Virus record (IMG/VR): IMGVR_UViG_3300010885_027635
Coordinates: 27,667 to 91,666 of that record
Source of the DNA: a virus
Reading direction: 5' to 3' (one strand)
DNA: 64,000 nucleotides
In this document: in pieces, positions 1 through 9,594 of the stretch
Layout of the letters: every line of letters starts with the position of its first letter
How positions within the stretch are numbered: the first letter of the stretch is position 1
Made by a program: the position numbers and the translations under genes
Notes under the pieces: model-generated
The model's input: the letters and a program-made list of their open reading frames with translations, nothing else
The model's database searches: none
Told to the model about the DNA's origin: nothing

Positions 1-12
1 CACTAGGTAATT

Positions 13-657
13 TCATTGATTAGATATCCATACTTTATTACTTTCAGCAAACCAACGTTGCCACACTTGCTCAACATAATCCATGTTGAGTTCTAGCTCA
101 AGTTGTTGATTAATTTGTTCTATATTATCCAAGAATTCTTGTTTTTTAAAAAAATCAGAAAATGGAATGGTTATCCATGGAATATCTACGTGGGTCTCAC
201 GAATACATTCTAGCTCTTGCTGATCTTTGTCCCAATCTATTGTGTATTTTTTAGATTGTTGATTATCTAATAGAAATTTTTTATGTTCGTCGACAACTTG
301 TATATTAATTATTGATTCAAAAAAGTTTTCTCCAAATAGCCCTTGTTCCTTAACATTTCTGTACTCAAATGGGTGCCATTTTTCAATAAACCATAATGGG
401 CTAGTTTCATAGTTAACCCAATCAGTTATACCTAGTACATATCCGTACCGAGTCAGACGTTCATTGTCTTTCCATTTGGATCCATAGCCGCCCCATTGTA
501 AATTCATAGACAATCTATCACTGGCAGAAAATTTGGTTTGATATTCTGTGGCGTCATTACCGCCGGTTCCTGCAATGGTCTTTTCGCTAAGAGTGAGTAC
601 TCGTTGCAAGAAAGAGCCCCCGGTTCCTGGCAAATACAATATTAATGTTTTTAACAT
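13..657 (-). CDS. Sulfotransferase-like (P-loop) protein
   Basis: N-terminal LYLPGTGGSFL resembles the 5'-PSB loop of sulfotransferase-fold proteins; lies in the modification cluster. Confidence 0.4.
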   Translation of the reverse strand: MLKTLILYLPGTGGSFLQRVLTLSEKTIAGTGGNDATEYQTKFSASDRLSMNLQWGGYGSKWKDNERLTRYGYVLGITDWVNYETSPLWFIEKWHPFEYRNVKEQGLFGENFFESIINIQVVDEHKKFLLDNQQSKKYTIDWDKDQQELECIRETHVDIPWITIPFSDFFKKQEFLDNIEQINQQLELELNMDYVEQVWQRWFAESNKVWISNQ

Positions 658-1907
658 AGGGCCTCTAGTTCTGGAATTATATCTAATATATTTTCATTGC
701 GTATAGAATCTAGTTCATTGGTCTTGCTCCAAAACTTAGGAACAAGTGCAGAATTGTCTGTGGCCATTAAGAAGTTAACAGCACTTTCAAAACCCACAGT
801 GGCACGATTAAGCGGATCCAACGGGCGTAACCATTCCAGGTGTTCCTCGTAGGCCAAGCGAATACGTTGTTTGTACTTTATAGGTGCAATATCAATGCGG
901 AAGTGTGCAGGGTCTTGCAAGATGTTTACGTTTAGGTCTTGTGGTTGAATCAACCCTTTGTCTACCCAGGTTCTATGGAATTGAGGCAGGTGTAGTGCGT
1001 TCATAATACTTAATGTAGGACTAATATAAAAGTCTACCTTAGGACATATAGTCATCATTTGTTCACGGTTTCGTTCTACTGTGTCCCAATCTGTACCTCG
1101 ACGTATATACTCCGCACGTGGGCCCATGGCATCTAAACTGGCTCCTACGGCTACACTATCAAACTTACGCCAATAATCAAAAACCACACGGTCTTTAAGT
1201 TTGGTATGTGTAAAGTTAGTATTGTAAATTAAACGCACATCAAAACGCCCGCGACGTTCTAGTTCATCTAGGATGTTGTAGTGTTCGGCCATCATTAGCG
1301 GCTCGCCACCAGCAAAGTATATTTGCTCCACATAGTCTAGGTGTGGAATCAGTTGTTCCCACATGTCTGTTTCGGTACGCCCAGCATAATTTAGGGCCAC
1401 ATTCTGTTCCTTCCATGTACCGCCGGCCAATTTAGCCTGATCTTGATACCAGCTTGAGCTAAAGATATGCCCACAACTTCGACAACTTAAATTACACAGG
1501 TTACTGAAGCGAATATCCCAATAGCTCATTTGAAATTTATCATCGTCGATACGTTTGATATGATGCCCGTGATGTTTGTTGGCACTGCGACGGCCTGAAA
1601 AGAAACCCGACTCTTCTTGCTCGTAACAACGACCACAGGCAGGATTAGGACGTTCGTTCAACATGTCCTCTCTTAGCCCACGCATGGGTGCATCACGATA
1701 AATTGCTTCTAGTGTTTTATGTCTAGTGTTACCCACAGGGTAAGCCATTTCAGCATGACAGCAAGGATATGCTTCCCCGGTTGGGTATGCGTGTAGGTGT
1801 ATCCAAGGGTAGATGCAGAATGTTTTAGAATCTCGTAACAAAAATTTTTCACGCTCTGTTAACTCTACCGGCCTGACTAAATCTGCTGAGTTATACTTGT
1901 ATGTCAT
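651..1907 (-). CDS. Radical SAM protein with N-terminal Twitch/SPASM-like domain
   Basis: CNLSCRSC (CxxxCxxC) and FAGGEPL; N-terminal CIYPW...CC...CGRC auxiliary cluster motif. Confidence 0.9.
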   Translation of the reverse strand: MTYKYNSADLVRPVELTEREKFLLRDSKTFCIYPWIHLHAYPTGEAYPCCHAEMAYPVGNTRHKTLEAIYRDAPMRGLREDMLNERPNPACGRCYEQEESGFFSGRRSANKHHGHHIKRIDDDKFQMSYWDIRFSNLCNLSCRSCGHIFSSSWYQDQAKLAGGTWKEQNVALNYAGRTETDMWEQLIPHLDYVEQIYFAGGEPLMMAEHYNILDELERRGRFDVRLIYNTNFTHTKLKDRVVFDYWRKFDSVAVGASLDAMGPRAEYIRRGTDWDTVERNREQMMTICPKVDFYISPTLSIMNALHLPQFHRTWVDKGLIQPQDLNVNILQDPAHFRIDIAPIKYKQRIRLAYEEHLEWLRPLDPLNRATVGFESAVNFLMATDNSALVPKFWSKTNELDSIRNENILDIIPELEALC

Positions 1908-3228
1908 TGTACCAATCTTTTAATGCAGGAAATGTTTGAGCAAAATCTTTTCCACGACGCTGGTCATACTGTGTAAAAAACTGTTTAAAATCATTGTGCA
2001 ACTTTGGCATGTCAAACGCATCTGAGTGCGGTGTTTTAACTATATCTAAGTAATCAATTAATCTTTGCATGTGGTTAACTTCGTGCTCGTGCAACAATGG
2101 GTTATCGGCATTGGTAGTCAGCCACTGCTCTAACTTTTCCTTGTGACGAGCTCTAATATCATTGGGCAACACCAGCGGACTTTGAAAGCTAGGAAATCTA
2201 AGTATGTTTAAAGTAAAACTAACCTTTTCTCGTCCATGTATCATTTTAAACCATAATATCATGTCAAGGAATTCGGTCAGACTTTCCAAGCACAATGCAT
2301 TAATAGTATTCATTATGTGTACCCCGCGAACACGGTCACTGGTTGCAATACGTTGTACATTGTTGACCCATTGACGATAGTTTAGCCCATCACGGATGTA
2401 TTCTGCTTGTGCCCCTATACTTTCGTTGCTGGTATAGATGTCTACTTCTAATCCTTCTATACTAGACAACAAGCGATCGATATCTACTTCTGCACCTAGG
2501 TTACTGTTGATGGCCAGTCTGGTTTTGCTTTTACCTTGATTGTTTTTAAACCAATCTAACAGCTTCCAGGTCTCACCCGACATCAGCGGCTCACCGCCGG
2601 TGATTCTTAACTCTTGAAGAGTTTTATGTAGATCTGTTTCCCACCATTTAAAGAACGCTTCAACATAGGGATTAGTTTCACCAAACCGGTATAGTTGAGC
2701 CGTATCGTGAGCATGAGTAAAGTGGCCACGCCCATCAGACACCAAGGACTCATAGGCTCCGTTGCGTTGTATGTCGCGAACCCATGTGCTACTGAAAGCA
2801 GGGTTACAATAGCTACAAGCAAATTGGCAAGTGCGGTCAAATGCAATTTCAAGTGTGCGAAGATTGACGTCTTCTTGATGTGGTTGTGTGTATGCTTCAT
2901 TTAGGGCCTCTATAGGGTAAATTCGACTTTTGTATACACGGTCTGAGATAGCATCTCGACCCATGTCTTCGATCTTCCAGCAGTATTCGCAACCCTTGGG
3001 ACGGTTACCCATCTGCATGTTAAGTCGATCTATTTTCTTTTCTACTGTGTTGTGTATGGCACTGGGGCGGGTTCGAATTTCTTCCAGATCAATGGCATGT
3101 GCAGGTGGGTGATGGCAACTGGTTGTTTGTCCTGAGCCCAACCAGATGGTAGCATTATACCATTTGGCCGCACAAAAGCTAGAGCTCAGATTGTCTAAAA
3201 TATTTTGTTTAAAATCTAAATCATTCAT
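1891..3228 (-). CDS. Radical SAM protein with N-terminal Twitch-like domain
   Basis: CQFACSYC and ITGGEPL; N-terminal CAAKW...SCHHP...CEYC. Confidence 0.9.
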   Translation of the reverse strand: MNDLDFKQNILDNLSSSFCAAKWYNATIWLGSGQTTSCHHPPAHAIDLEEIRTRPSAIHNTVEKKIDRLNMQMGNRPKGCEYCWKIEDMGRDAISDRVYKSRIYPIEALNEAYTQPHQEDVNLRTLEIAFDRTCQFACSYCNPAFSSTWVRDIQRNGAYESLVSDGRGHFTHAHDTAQLYRFGETNPYVEAFFKWWETDLHKTLQELRITGGEPLMSGETWKLLDWFKNNQGKSKTRLAINSNLGAEVDIDRLLSSIEGLEVDIYTSNESIGAQAEYIRDGLNYRQWVNNVQRIATSDRVRGVHIMNTINALCLESLTEFLDMILWFKMIHGREKVSFTLNILRFPSFQSPLVLPNDIRARHKEKLEQWLTTNADNPLLHEHEVNHMQRLIDYLDIVKTPHSDAFDMPKLHNDFKQFFTQYDQRRGKDFAQTFPALKDWYNDIQV

Positions 3229-3832
3229 GTTGCCATCTTTCCACGTGTGTTCTTAGCTGTTCTAGTTTTTGATTATAAGAATCTAATTTAGGCATAGCGT
3301 CGTAACGAGACTTGGCCAAGTCTGGCAGGAGTTGTTCATAGCACAACTCAATGTCAAAAAAGCTCTGACAGTCTTTCCAATGTTGTTGATTACGCCAAAG
3401 AGCTTCGGCTGGGCCTATAATGTGCCTGAGTGGTATGTCTATGCTTGGGTTTTTGATAACTGCGTCGGTGTTTTTTTCTTGGTGCCAAACATGGAGATAT
3501 CTAGAAATACCAAAACTCAATGCTTGTGCTGTAAAATCTTCTCGATACAATCCAATGATAAAAGAATCATTGAACAACTGATCCCAGTGCTCTTCTGGTG
3601 GTAAATGGTCCGGCATAATTTTTACTATGGATTGTTTTTTGGATTCAAATTCACCTGTTCTAGCTGATGGGCAATAATGAAAGGCTTCATCTATAGATGG
3701 TAATCCAGTGAGCCGACTCAAAAGATCGCCCAGGGCTGTACTGCCAGTACGATAGTTAGCAATTATCACTATGTTCCACTCTGCTGGAACTTCAAAGCTA
3801 TAGTTAGTAAGTGATATTTTAAAATCATTCAT
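3221..3832 (-). CDS. Sulfotransferase-like protein (Stf0-like)
   Basis: IIANYRTGSTAL PAPS-binding loop, LYRE...QALS and a downstream YEQL motif. Confidence 0.6.
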   Translation of the reverse strand: MNDFKISLTNYSFEVPAEWNIVIIANYRTGSTALGDLLSRLTGLPSIDEAFHYCPSARTGEFESKKQSIVKIMPDHLPPEEHWDQLFNDSFIIGLYREDFTAQALSFGISRYLHVWHQEKNTDAVIKNPSIDIPLRHIIGPAEALWRNQQHWKDCQSFFDIELCYEQLLPDLAKSRYDAMPKLDSYNQKLEQLRTHVERWQHE

Positions 3833-4983
3833 TGATATTTTTTGATAAATTGGCTAAAGCGTTCTGGAAATTCTTTGCGTAATTTGACACTGATTTCCGC
3901 GAGATGTTGCTGATTGTATTTACATATAGTATAACACTCTTTGAGAAAACTTGCAAGGTCTTGTTGGCATAAGTCGTCAACTACTGTTATAATTCTGTTC
4001 ATTCGATCTTGATCATTATCGATCTGATCAAAACTTTCATCAATGATGCCATCAAATGTACGGAAACCCAAATTTCGTATGTCTTGATACCAGCCGCGAC
4101 TAGCGGCACATATCCACGGATGACCCATTGCCAGTGGTTTGGCTATTTTTTCTGTTCTAAAGCTATAAGGGTAATCGTACACAGTTTCGGTTACTACGCT
4201 AAAGTAGGTATCAATATAAGTATCAGCATTGAGGTATATTTCACCCCATTGATTATCAAATAGGTCATTTTTTATAAAGGTACGGTTAGGCGGACCTGCC
4301 CAGGACCACTCCTTGGGATCTCGTTGATCGTTGCAATACCTGTTGACTTCATATCGAGTTGGCAAACTTTGTAAAGGCGTGTTTGTGGCCATGACATTGA
4401 CCTCGCCTTCATAAAAATTAAAATTTCTAACCACAGTAGGTCTACTGTCTAACATGGTCCATAATGATTCTTCAAGCAGGCCGCGACGTTTAAAATGTTC
4501 CCATAGATATTTTCTGTGCGGTCTAGCACGGCCATTTAAAAATAAAAACTTATAGGGCTTGTCAGTTTTACTAAAAATCTCCTCTGTGCGTTTCATTTCG
4601 TCAATGTTTTCATCGTAGTCTAAGATTCTAATTAAAAAATGTTCATGCAACATATACGGATACGGAGCTTCTATGTCGCCTCCACTGATCAATAAAATTT
4701 TATTGTTTAACACTAGCTCTTCAAGTCCTAGCACACGTAGTTGGGCAATTAATGTGCTACTGCCCTCGGCACTGTTGCCAAACACCATAGTGTAATCGGG
4801 GTCTTCTGCCATGCGTTTAAACTTGTCTACATTTTCAACTACCTGTTGCCGGCCCAGCACATACACGCTATCAGGAACGGGTTCATGATCTCCGTAATGA
4901 ACAAATGTTGCTGTAGCGTATGGCAATAATTCTTCATACACTTCACTCATTGTGTCAACAACTAGGTTACGATTGCCGAGCAT
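3829..4983 (-). CDS. Putative glycosyltransferase (GT-B, exostosin/GT10-like C-terminus)
   Basis: FLFLNGRARPHR...SVVTET...TEKIAKPLAMGHPWI...LGFRTFD...DESFD; start taken at MLGNRN (4983) rather than 5010. Confidence 0.55.
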   Translation of the reverse strand: MLGNRNLVVDTMSEVYEELLPYATATFVHYGDHEPVPDSVYVLGRQQVVENVDKFKRMAEDPDYTMVFGNSAEGSSTLIAQLRVLGLEELVLNNKILLISGGDIEAPYPYMLHEHFLIRILDYDENIDEMKRTEEIFSKTDKPYKFLFLNGRARPHRKYLWEHFKRRGLLEESLWTMLDSRPTVVRNFNFYEGEVNVMATNTPLQSLPTRYEVNRYCNDQRDPKEWSWAGPPNRTFIKNDLFDNQWGEIYLNADTYIDTYFSVVTETVYDYPYSFRTEKIAKPLAMGHPWICAASRGWYQDIRNLGFRTFDGIIDESFDQIDNDQDRMNRIITVVDDLCQQDLASFLKECYTICKYNQQHLAEISVKLRKEFPERFSQFIKKYQ

Positions 4984-6382
4984 GGTATTCACATTCTGCC
5001 CACCAGGCACTCATTTCAGGAAATGTCTTTAAAAATTCTGTGCCATGTCTACGATCTGCTTCGCTGAAGAAACGGAAGAAATCAGCTTTGTTACAATTAA
5101 GATATTCTGCATCTAACTTTTGGCCGTCACGCATCCAAGCAATGTCGCGATCCAGTCTGGCTATTTCGTAATCTTTGAATCCTTGGAAGCGTGTGTCTTC
5201 TGTTTCAATTTGACGTAACATCCAGGCCCACAGGTATTCTAGTTGTTCTGCATAGCTTTCCGGTAACAATTGCAGGCTTTGCCAAGTAGGAGTCCTGAGT
5301 ACAGGAGTATCAAACCACACACGTTGATATGTTGTACTGTAGATTTTTCTAAGACCCAGTATGCCTGCAAACAGAGCAGGCAAGCCCGTAACACTGAGAT
5401 TGTTCATGGTCACAATAAAAGTAATACTATTACGTCCGGGTATTTCTGTTAGGAATTGATTGACTCTATCCCACAGCAAGTCCATATCAAGCCCGTGTCT
5501 GATGTATTCAGCCTGCTCGTCCCACGAATCCAAACTAACATACTGCATGAAGTGTTCAATTTTTTCACCTGCACACAGCTCTTTAACATAGACCAAATAT
5601 TTTTGCCATGACTTTTCATCTACACTGAAGTTACTTGTTACATTAAGATGTAAATTGGGTTTGGGATTGGCCAGCACATAGTCAAACACACGATAGGTAT
5701 TTTTGTCCAACAAGGGCTCACCCCCAGTCATGCGGAAGTGTTCTAGTTCTGGATATAGTTGAGGCCACCAAGACCAGAACGCATCTACATAAGGATTGTC
5801 TTCTCTTACAGGAATTGGCCTGCGATTACCAGTGAAGTAACCAGGATCGTTGTGTTGAGTGCTAGTAGGGTAAGCGCCAAACTGATCCACTTCTTGTTGC
5901 CAGCTTGAACTAAATTGAGGACTACAGTAACTACATTTAAGATTGCAAGCATGATTAAAATTAACTTCCACATAACTAGGTACAACATCTTCATCTCCTG
6001 TTGAATTTACTACAACATCAAAGTCTTTGGCGGCCCAGGACTCACCTGACCGATAGTGTCTATCACTTAACTTGCCGTTATCTTCCATGGCCCAACAATA
6101 ACTGCATTCGCCAGGGCGTTCCTGTTTAAGCATAATCTTACGTTGTTCTTTCTTGTACGGAGTATTATGCAGGGCACCGGGGTTATCTTTCAATAAGTCT
6201 GCAGGAATAGCATGTAGTGGCGGATGATAGCAACTGTTGTTAAGCCCTGTAGGCAAGTGTAGACTTACTTGCTTCCATTTGGCCAAGCAGAGTGCCGGAC
6301 CTAGTTTGTCTTTCATTTGTTCTGCATTACTAAGAAATACAGATTTAAAATCGTTGTTGACTTCGTCGCCTTTATTGTTCAC
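4967..6382 (-). CDS. Radical SAM protein with N-terminal Twitch-like domain
   Basis: CNLKCSYC and MTGGEPL; CLAKW...SCYHP...CSYC; paralog of 1891-3228. Confidence 0.9.
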   Translation of the reverse strand: MNNKGDEVNNDFKSVFLSNAEQMKDKLGPALCLAKWKQVSLHLPTGLNNSCYHPPLHAIPADLLKDNPGALHNTPYKKEQRKIMLKQERPGECSYCWAMEDNGKLSDRHYRSGESWAAKDFDVVVNSTGDEDVVPSYVEVNFNHACNLKCSYCSPQFSSSWQQEVDQFGAYPTSTQHNDPGYFTGNRRPIPVREDNPYVDAFWSWWPQLYPELEHFRMTGGEPLLDKNTYRVFDYVLANPKPNLHLNVTSNFSVDEKSWQKYLVYVKELCAGEKIEHFMQYVSLDSWDEQAEYIRHGLDMDLLWDRVNQFLTEIPGRNSITFIVTMNNLSVTGLPALFAGILGLRKIYSTTYQRVWFDTPVLRTPTWQSLQLLPESYAEQLEYLWAWMLRQIETEDTRFQGFKDYEIARLDRDIAWMRDGQKLDAEYLNCNKADFFRFFSEADRRHGTEFLKTFPEMSAWWAECEYHARQS

Positions 6383-7365
6383 GTCTGAAATATCCGGTTG
6401 AAGTCATTGGCCTTTAAGCCTTTAAGTAAATTACGATTATGCTCTAGTTTGGGTAGCATGTTGGTGTACATATCTTCTAGCTCTTTATTTGTGCGTTGGG
6501 CCAGTGTTTGTACTATTGCTATTATAGCACGAACTTGACAATCTGGAGGATCTTCTGAGTAACCTTCGTCCCAGAATTCATCAAATGTTTCAAATCCCAA
6601 ACGTCGTAAATTGCGTATTAGATTCTGCGGGCCTTGTACAATAAACGGTGTACGCATCAGCATGGGTCTCCAGATCTTTTCGTCTACATAAAAAGTTTGT
6701 CCAGAATAAAAACTAAGATTAACCAGTTCTACAAAGAATTGAGGATAGTAGTCTATTATACCCAAATTGGCCGGAACACTGATGGTGTCTTGACAGGCCG
6801 CTAAATCCAATGTCAACGGTCCTGCTGACAAAAGATTGTAGGCTCGATCAATTTCTACTGCCGTAGCACCATTGGCCATAAAAGTTTCAAGTCCTATATG
6901 CTCTTGATGGTATGGCTCAGTCACACAACAATGATAGCTTTGTAATGTTTGATGAACGTGTTCTGCATACAAGTAACTGGCCAGGTGTAATCTATGCTGA
7001 TTGCTGTGTCCTATAAAGTGCCCAAAATGACAAATGTTATCGAACTGTTTAGCTGTGGACAAATCTGTTTTAAAAAGATCTTGTGTGGCTTGTAATTCAT
7101 ACGCTTGGTGCACATGCCGAATTTGATATTCTGCGTGTTGTTCCAAGAAGTTTGCTGTTTCTATTTCAATTGCTTGGCGGGGCCACGACTGTGCCGAGCA
7201 TATACGGTCTAGTAAATCATACAAACCCACGTGTTCAGCACAAGGACCTTCTCCATTTAGGCTAATCCTGACAGGTTGCTCGCATCGAAGCATAGCGGAT
7301 ATAATGTCTATGGCCGCCTGATCTTTGTTCCAAATTTTACCATCTATAGTGATTATTTTTATCAT
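6379..7365 (-). CDS. Putative glycosyltransferase (paralog of 3829-4983)
   Basis: DEKIWRPMLMRTPFIVQG...LRRLGFETFDEFWDEGY; start moved to MIKIIT (7365) to avoid overlap with the divergent gene. Confidence 0.55.
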   Translation of the reverse strand: MIKIITIDGKIWNKDQAAIDIISAMLRCEQPVRISLNGEGPCAEHVGLYDLLDRICSAQSWPRQAIEIETANFLEQHAEYQIRHVHQAYELQATQDLFKTDLSTAKQFDNICHFGHFIGHSNQHRLHLASYLYAEHVHQTLQSYHCCVTEPYHQEHIGLETFMANGATAVEIDRAYNLLSAGPLTLDLAACQDTISVPANLGIIDYYPQFFVELVNLSFYSGQTFYVDEKIWRPMLMRTPFIVQGPQNLIRNLRRLGFETFDEFWDEGYSEDPPDCQVRAIIAIVQTLAQRTNKELEDMYTNMLPKLEHNRNLLKGLKANDFNRIFQT

Positions 7366-7377
7366 GAAATGTGCAAG

Positions 7378-7399
7378 TAAATATTTATAACTGTAAATA
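7378..7399. promoter_or_regulatory. Divergent T4-type late promoters
   Basis: TATAAATA on the minus strand (7382-7389) and TAAATA on the plus strand (7378-7383, 7394-7399) in a 38-bp divergent gap. Confidence 0.55.
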
Positions 7400-7403
7400 C
7401 TAC

Positions 7404-7997
7404 ATGTTTGAAATAGTTCAAGATTTTGAAAAAGCCATTGCTGAGTTTTATGGAGCACCTTACGCGGTAGCTACAGACTGCTGTACCCATGCCATTGAGC
7501 TGAGTTTACGATATCAAAACATAAAATCTGCTACATGCCCTAGCCAAACATATCTATCAATTCCATTTACCCTAATGAAATTGAATTTAGAATGGAGTTT
7601 TGTTGATCAGCCCTGGCAAGATTATTATTATTTGGGTGGTACCAACATTGTTGATGCAGCAGTATACTGGAAAAAAGACGGCTATATTCCGAGAAGCTAT
7701 ATGTGTTTAAGTTTTCAATTTCGCAAACATTTAAATTTAATCAGAGGTGGTGCAATACTGTTAGATGATCCTGTAGCCGCTGCTCAATTGCGTCGAATGA
7801 CCACCGATGGTAGGGACGTCAGCCGACTGTGGAAAGAGCAAGATATTGACACTGTTGGTTATCATTACTACATGCCTATTGAAACTGCAAAATTAGGATT
7901 GGCAAAGTTGCCAGGTGCTATTGCTCAACCAGCCAGACAGTGGACCAGTGACGAGTATCCCAGATTACCCACATTAACGGTGTTTAAGAATGTCTAA
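7404..7997 (+). CDS. Short DegT/DnrJ/EryC1-like PLP-dependent sugar aminotransferase
   Basis: FEKAIAEFYGAPYAVATDCCTHAIEL, DAA, SFQFRKHL (PLP lysine), GGAIL; lacks the C-terminal domain. Confidence 0.75.
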   Translation: MFEIVQDFEKAIAEFYGAPYAVATDCCTHAIELSLRYQNIKSATCPSQTYLSIPFTLMKLNLEWSFVDQPWQDYYYLGGTNIVDAAVYWKKDGYIPRSYMCLSFQFRKHLNLIRGGAILLDDPVAAAQLRRMTTDGRDVSRLWKEQDIDTVGYHYYMPIETAKLGLAKLPGAIAQPARQWTSDEYPRLPTLTVFKNV

Positions 7998-8916
7998 AAT
8001 ATTTAATTCAAAATATCCCATACTTGAAGCTTGTATGAACAAAGGTTCCAGTTTAGAGTTGGCTGTTGCTGTGCACCAAGCTGGTGGATATCCTAGTTTT
8101 TGTAGCTGGACTTATAATCGTCGCTTTGATCTTATGCAAAAAGAAATAGATCAATTTGTTGCTACAACAGGATCAAACTGCGTACATCTTAGCTTTGAGC
8201 TGGACGAATTACCAAATTTTGATATTTGCCATCGCATAGTAAAATCACATGACATTCCCACCATTGAAATTATTTACGGTGCCAGCGATTCTTATCGTGG
8301 GATCAAAAGTCGTTATACTGATATTGATCAAGCTGTACAAGACTGGGTAGGCCCTTTACACGAACACGGTACTCGAGTATTTAAAAGATTATACGAGCCC
8401 ATCGATGCTGATACCATGAAGAAAAATTTTATTGACGGCTTCTGTATCAAAGGCTTAGAATCTGCAGGGTTTGGTGGATATACTCCGGTCCGAGATTTAT
8501 TTTTAAAACAAAAAGAACTCACTCCAACTGCTATGCTGATTCCGTATGGTGGAGTCAGTACCAGTGCCCAAGTTAAAGATTATATAGACCTAGGTGCAGA
8601 AATAATAGCAGTTGGTACGGTACTAGCGTTGAGTGCAGAAAGTACAATTAAATTAGAAACCAAGCTGGCAGCAATCAAAGCCACTAGTAAAGACCTGGTT
8701 GAGTTTAAACACAACACCAGAAAACAAACTGCCTTGGAGTTCGAGCCATACACTGGACACGACGACTATAATCGTACCAAAGGATTGGTCAACGGTATGT
8801 GGAAAAAGAACAGCAACCAAGGGCATGTGTATTTTGGACACGGAATTGACCATGTCACTGAACTACTCACTTGTCAACAGATTATTCAAAATCTAACTGC
8901 GGATCTGTCGAGCTAA
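7990..8916 (+). CDS. Nitronate monooxygenase / FabK-like flavoprotein
   Basis: YPILEACM...LAVAVHQAGG, KGLESAG, YGGV, LGAEIIAVGT...ES. Confidence 0.7.
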   Translation: MSKIFNSKYPILEACMNKGSSLELAVAVHQAGGYPSFCSWTYNRRFDLMQKEIDQFVATTGSNCVHLSFELDELPNFDICHRIVKSHDIPTIEIIYGASDSYRGIKSRYTDIDQAVQDWVGPLHEHGTRVFKRLYEPIDADTMKKNFIDGFCIKGLESAGFGGYTPVRDLFLKQKELTPTAMLIPYGGVSTSAQVKDYIDLGAEIIAVGTVLALSAESTIKLETKLAAIKATSKDLVEFKHNTRKQTALEFEPYTGHDDYNRTKGLVNGMWKKNSNQGHVYFGHGIDHVTELLTCQQIIQNLTADLSS

Positions 8917-9594
8917 CAATTCTGCATAAGCCTGATGCCCTTGGGCAGTTGGGTACTTGTTATCATCCCCCATTAACTCGTTGTTGTTTCTACTGGCAAT
9001 TTGCATCAAGGTATCCTCTTGATAAAACTGAGACCAATCTATTAACTTATACAAATGTTCAAATCGTTTAAACTTGGTATAAGGCCTGCCATATAAAAAC
9101 AAATAAGGTTGATTGGTTGATTTAAAAAACCCTTGTAGGCCAATCATTTTAAGAATGTCAGATTCAAGCGTTTGCTCGTAAGTCACTGCTTGGTGATACT
9201 GTTTAAAAAACTTAGCTACACTGTCTTGTTTATTAGATCTGTAACCTGAATTCATAATCCAGTTTTTAGGAACATAGTCTTGATCGTTAACTGGGTAAAC
9301 AATTTTTTCAGGCCAATCGTTTACGCCGCTTTGATACAAGGAAGTATTTTCAGAATCAGCAAACATGCTGATATCAGTGACTGGCAAACCAGTATGTGTT
9401 GATTCGCACCACATAATTAATACTAAATCATATGATCTTTTGGCCAATTCTGAAATTGTGGCTTCGTATATGTAGGCATTGCCAGATCCGGCTAGGCTTA
9501 AATTAACTAATTCACAATCAAGAATATCTTTAAGATAATAAGGCCAACTTCCGGGGCCTCTTGAGTTGCAGTTGCCGGTTAATAAAATATTCAT
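8893..9594 (-). CDS. SGNH/GDSL-like hydrolase/acyltransferase
   Basis: SWP, NLSLAGSGN and C-terminal D..YPTAQGH..YA; the canonical catalytic His appears to be replaced by Tyr. Confidence 0.55.
   Translation of the reverse strand: MNILLTGNCNSRGPGSWPYYLKDILDCELVNLSLAGSGNAYIYEATISELAKRSYDLVLIMWCESTHTGLPVTDISMFADSENTSLYQSGVNDWPEKIVYPVNDQDYVPKNWIMNSGYRSNKQDSVAKFFKQYHQAVTYEQTLESDILKMIGLQGFFKSTNQPYLFLYGRPYTKFKRFEHLYKLIDWSQFYQEDTLMQIASRNNNELMGDDNKYPTAQGHQAYAELLARQIRS

Noticed and set aside
6379-7997. Overlapping divergent starts at 7458 and 7371 in the ORF track
   Set aside because: ATGs at 7365 and 7404 remove the overlap and leave a promoter-containing gap
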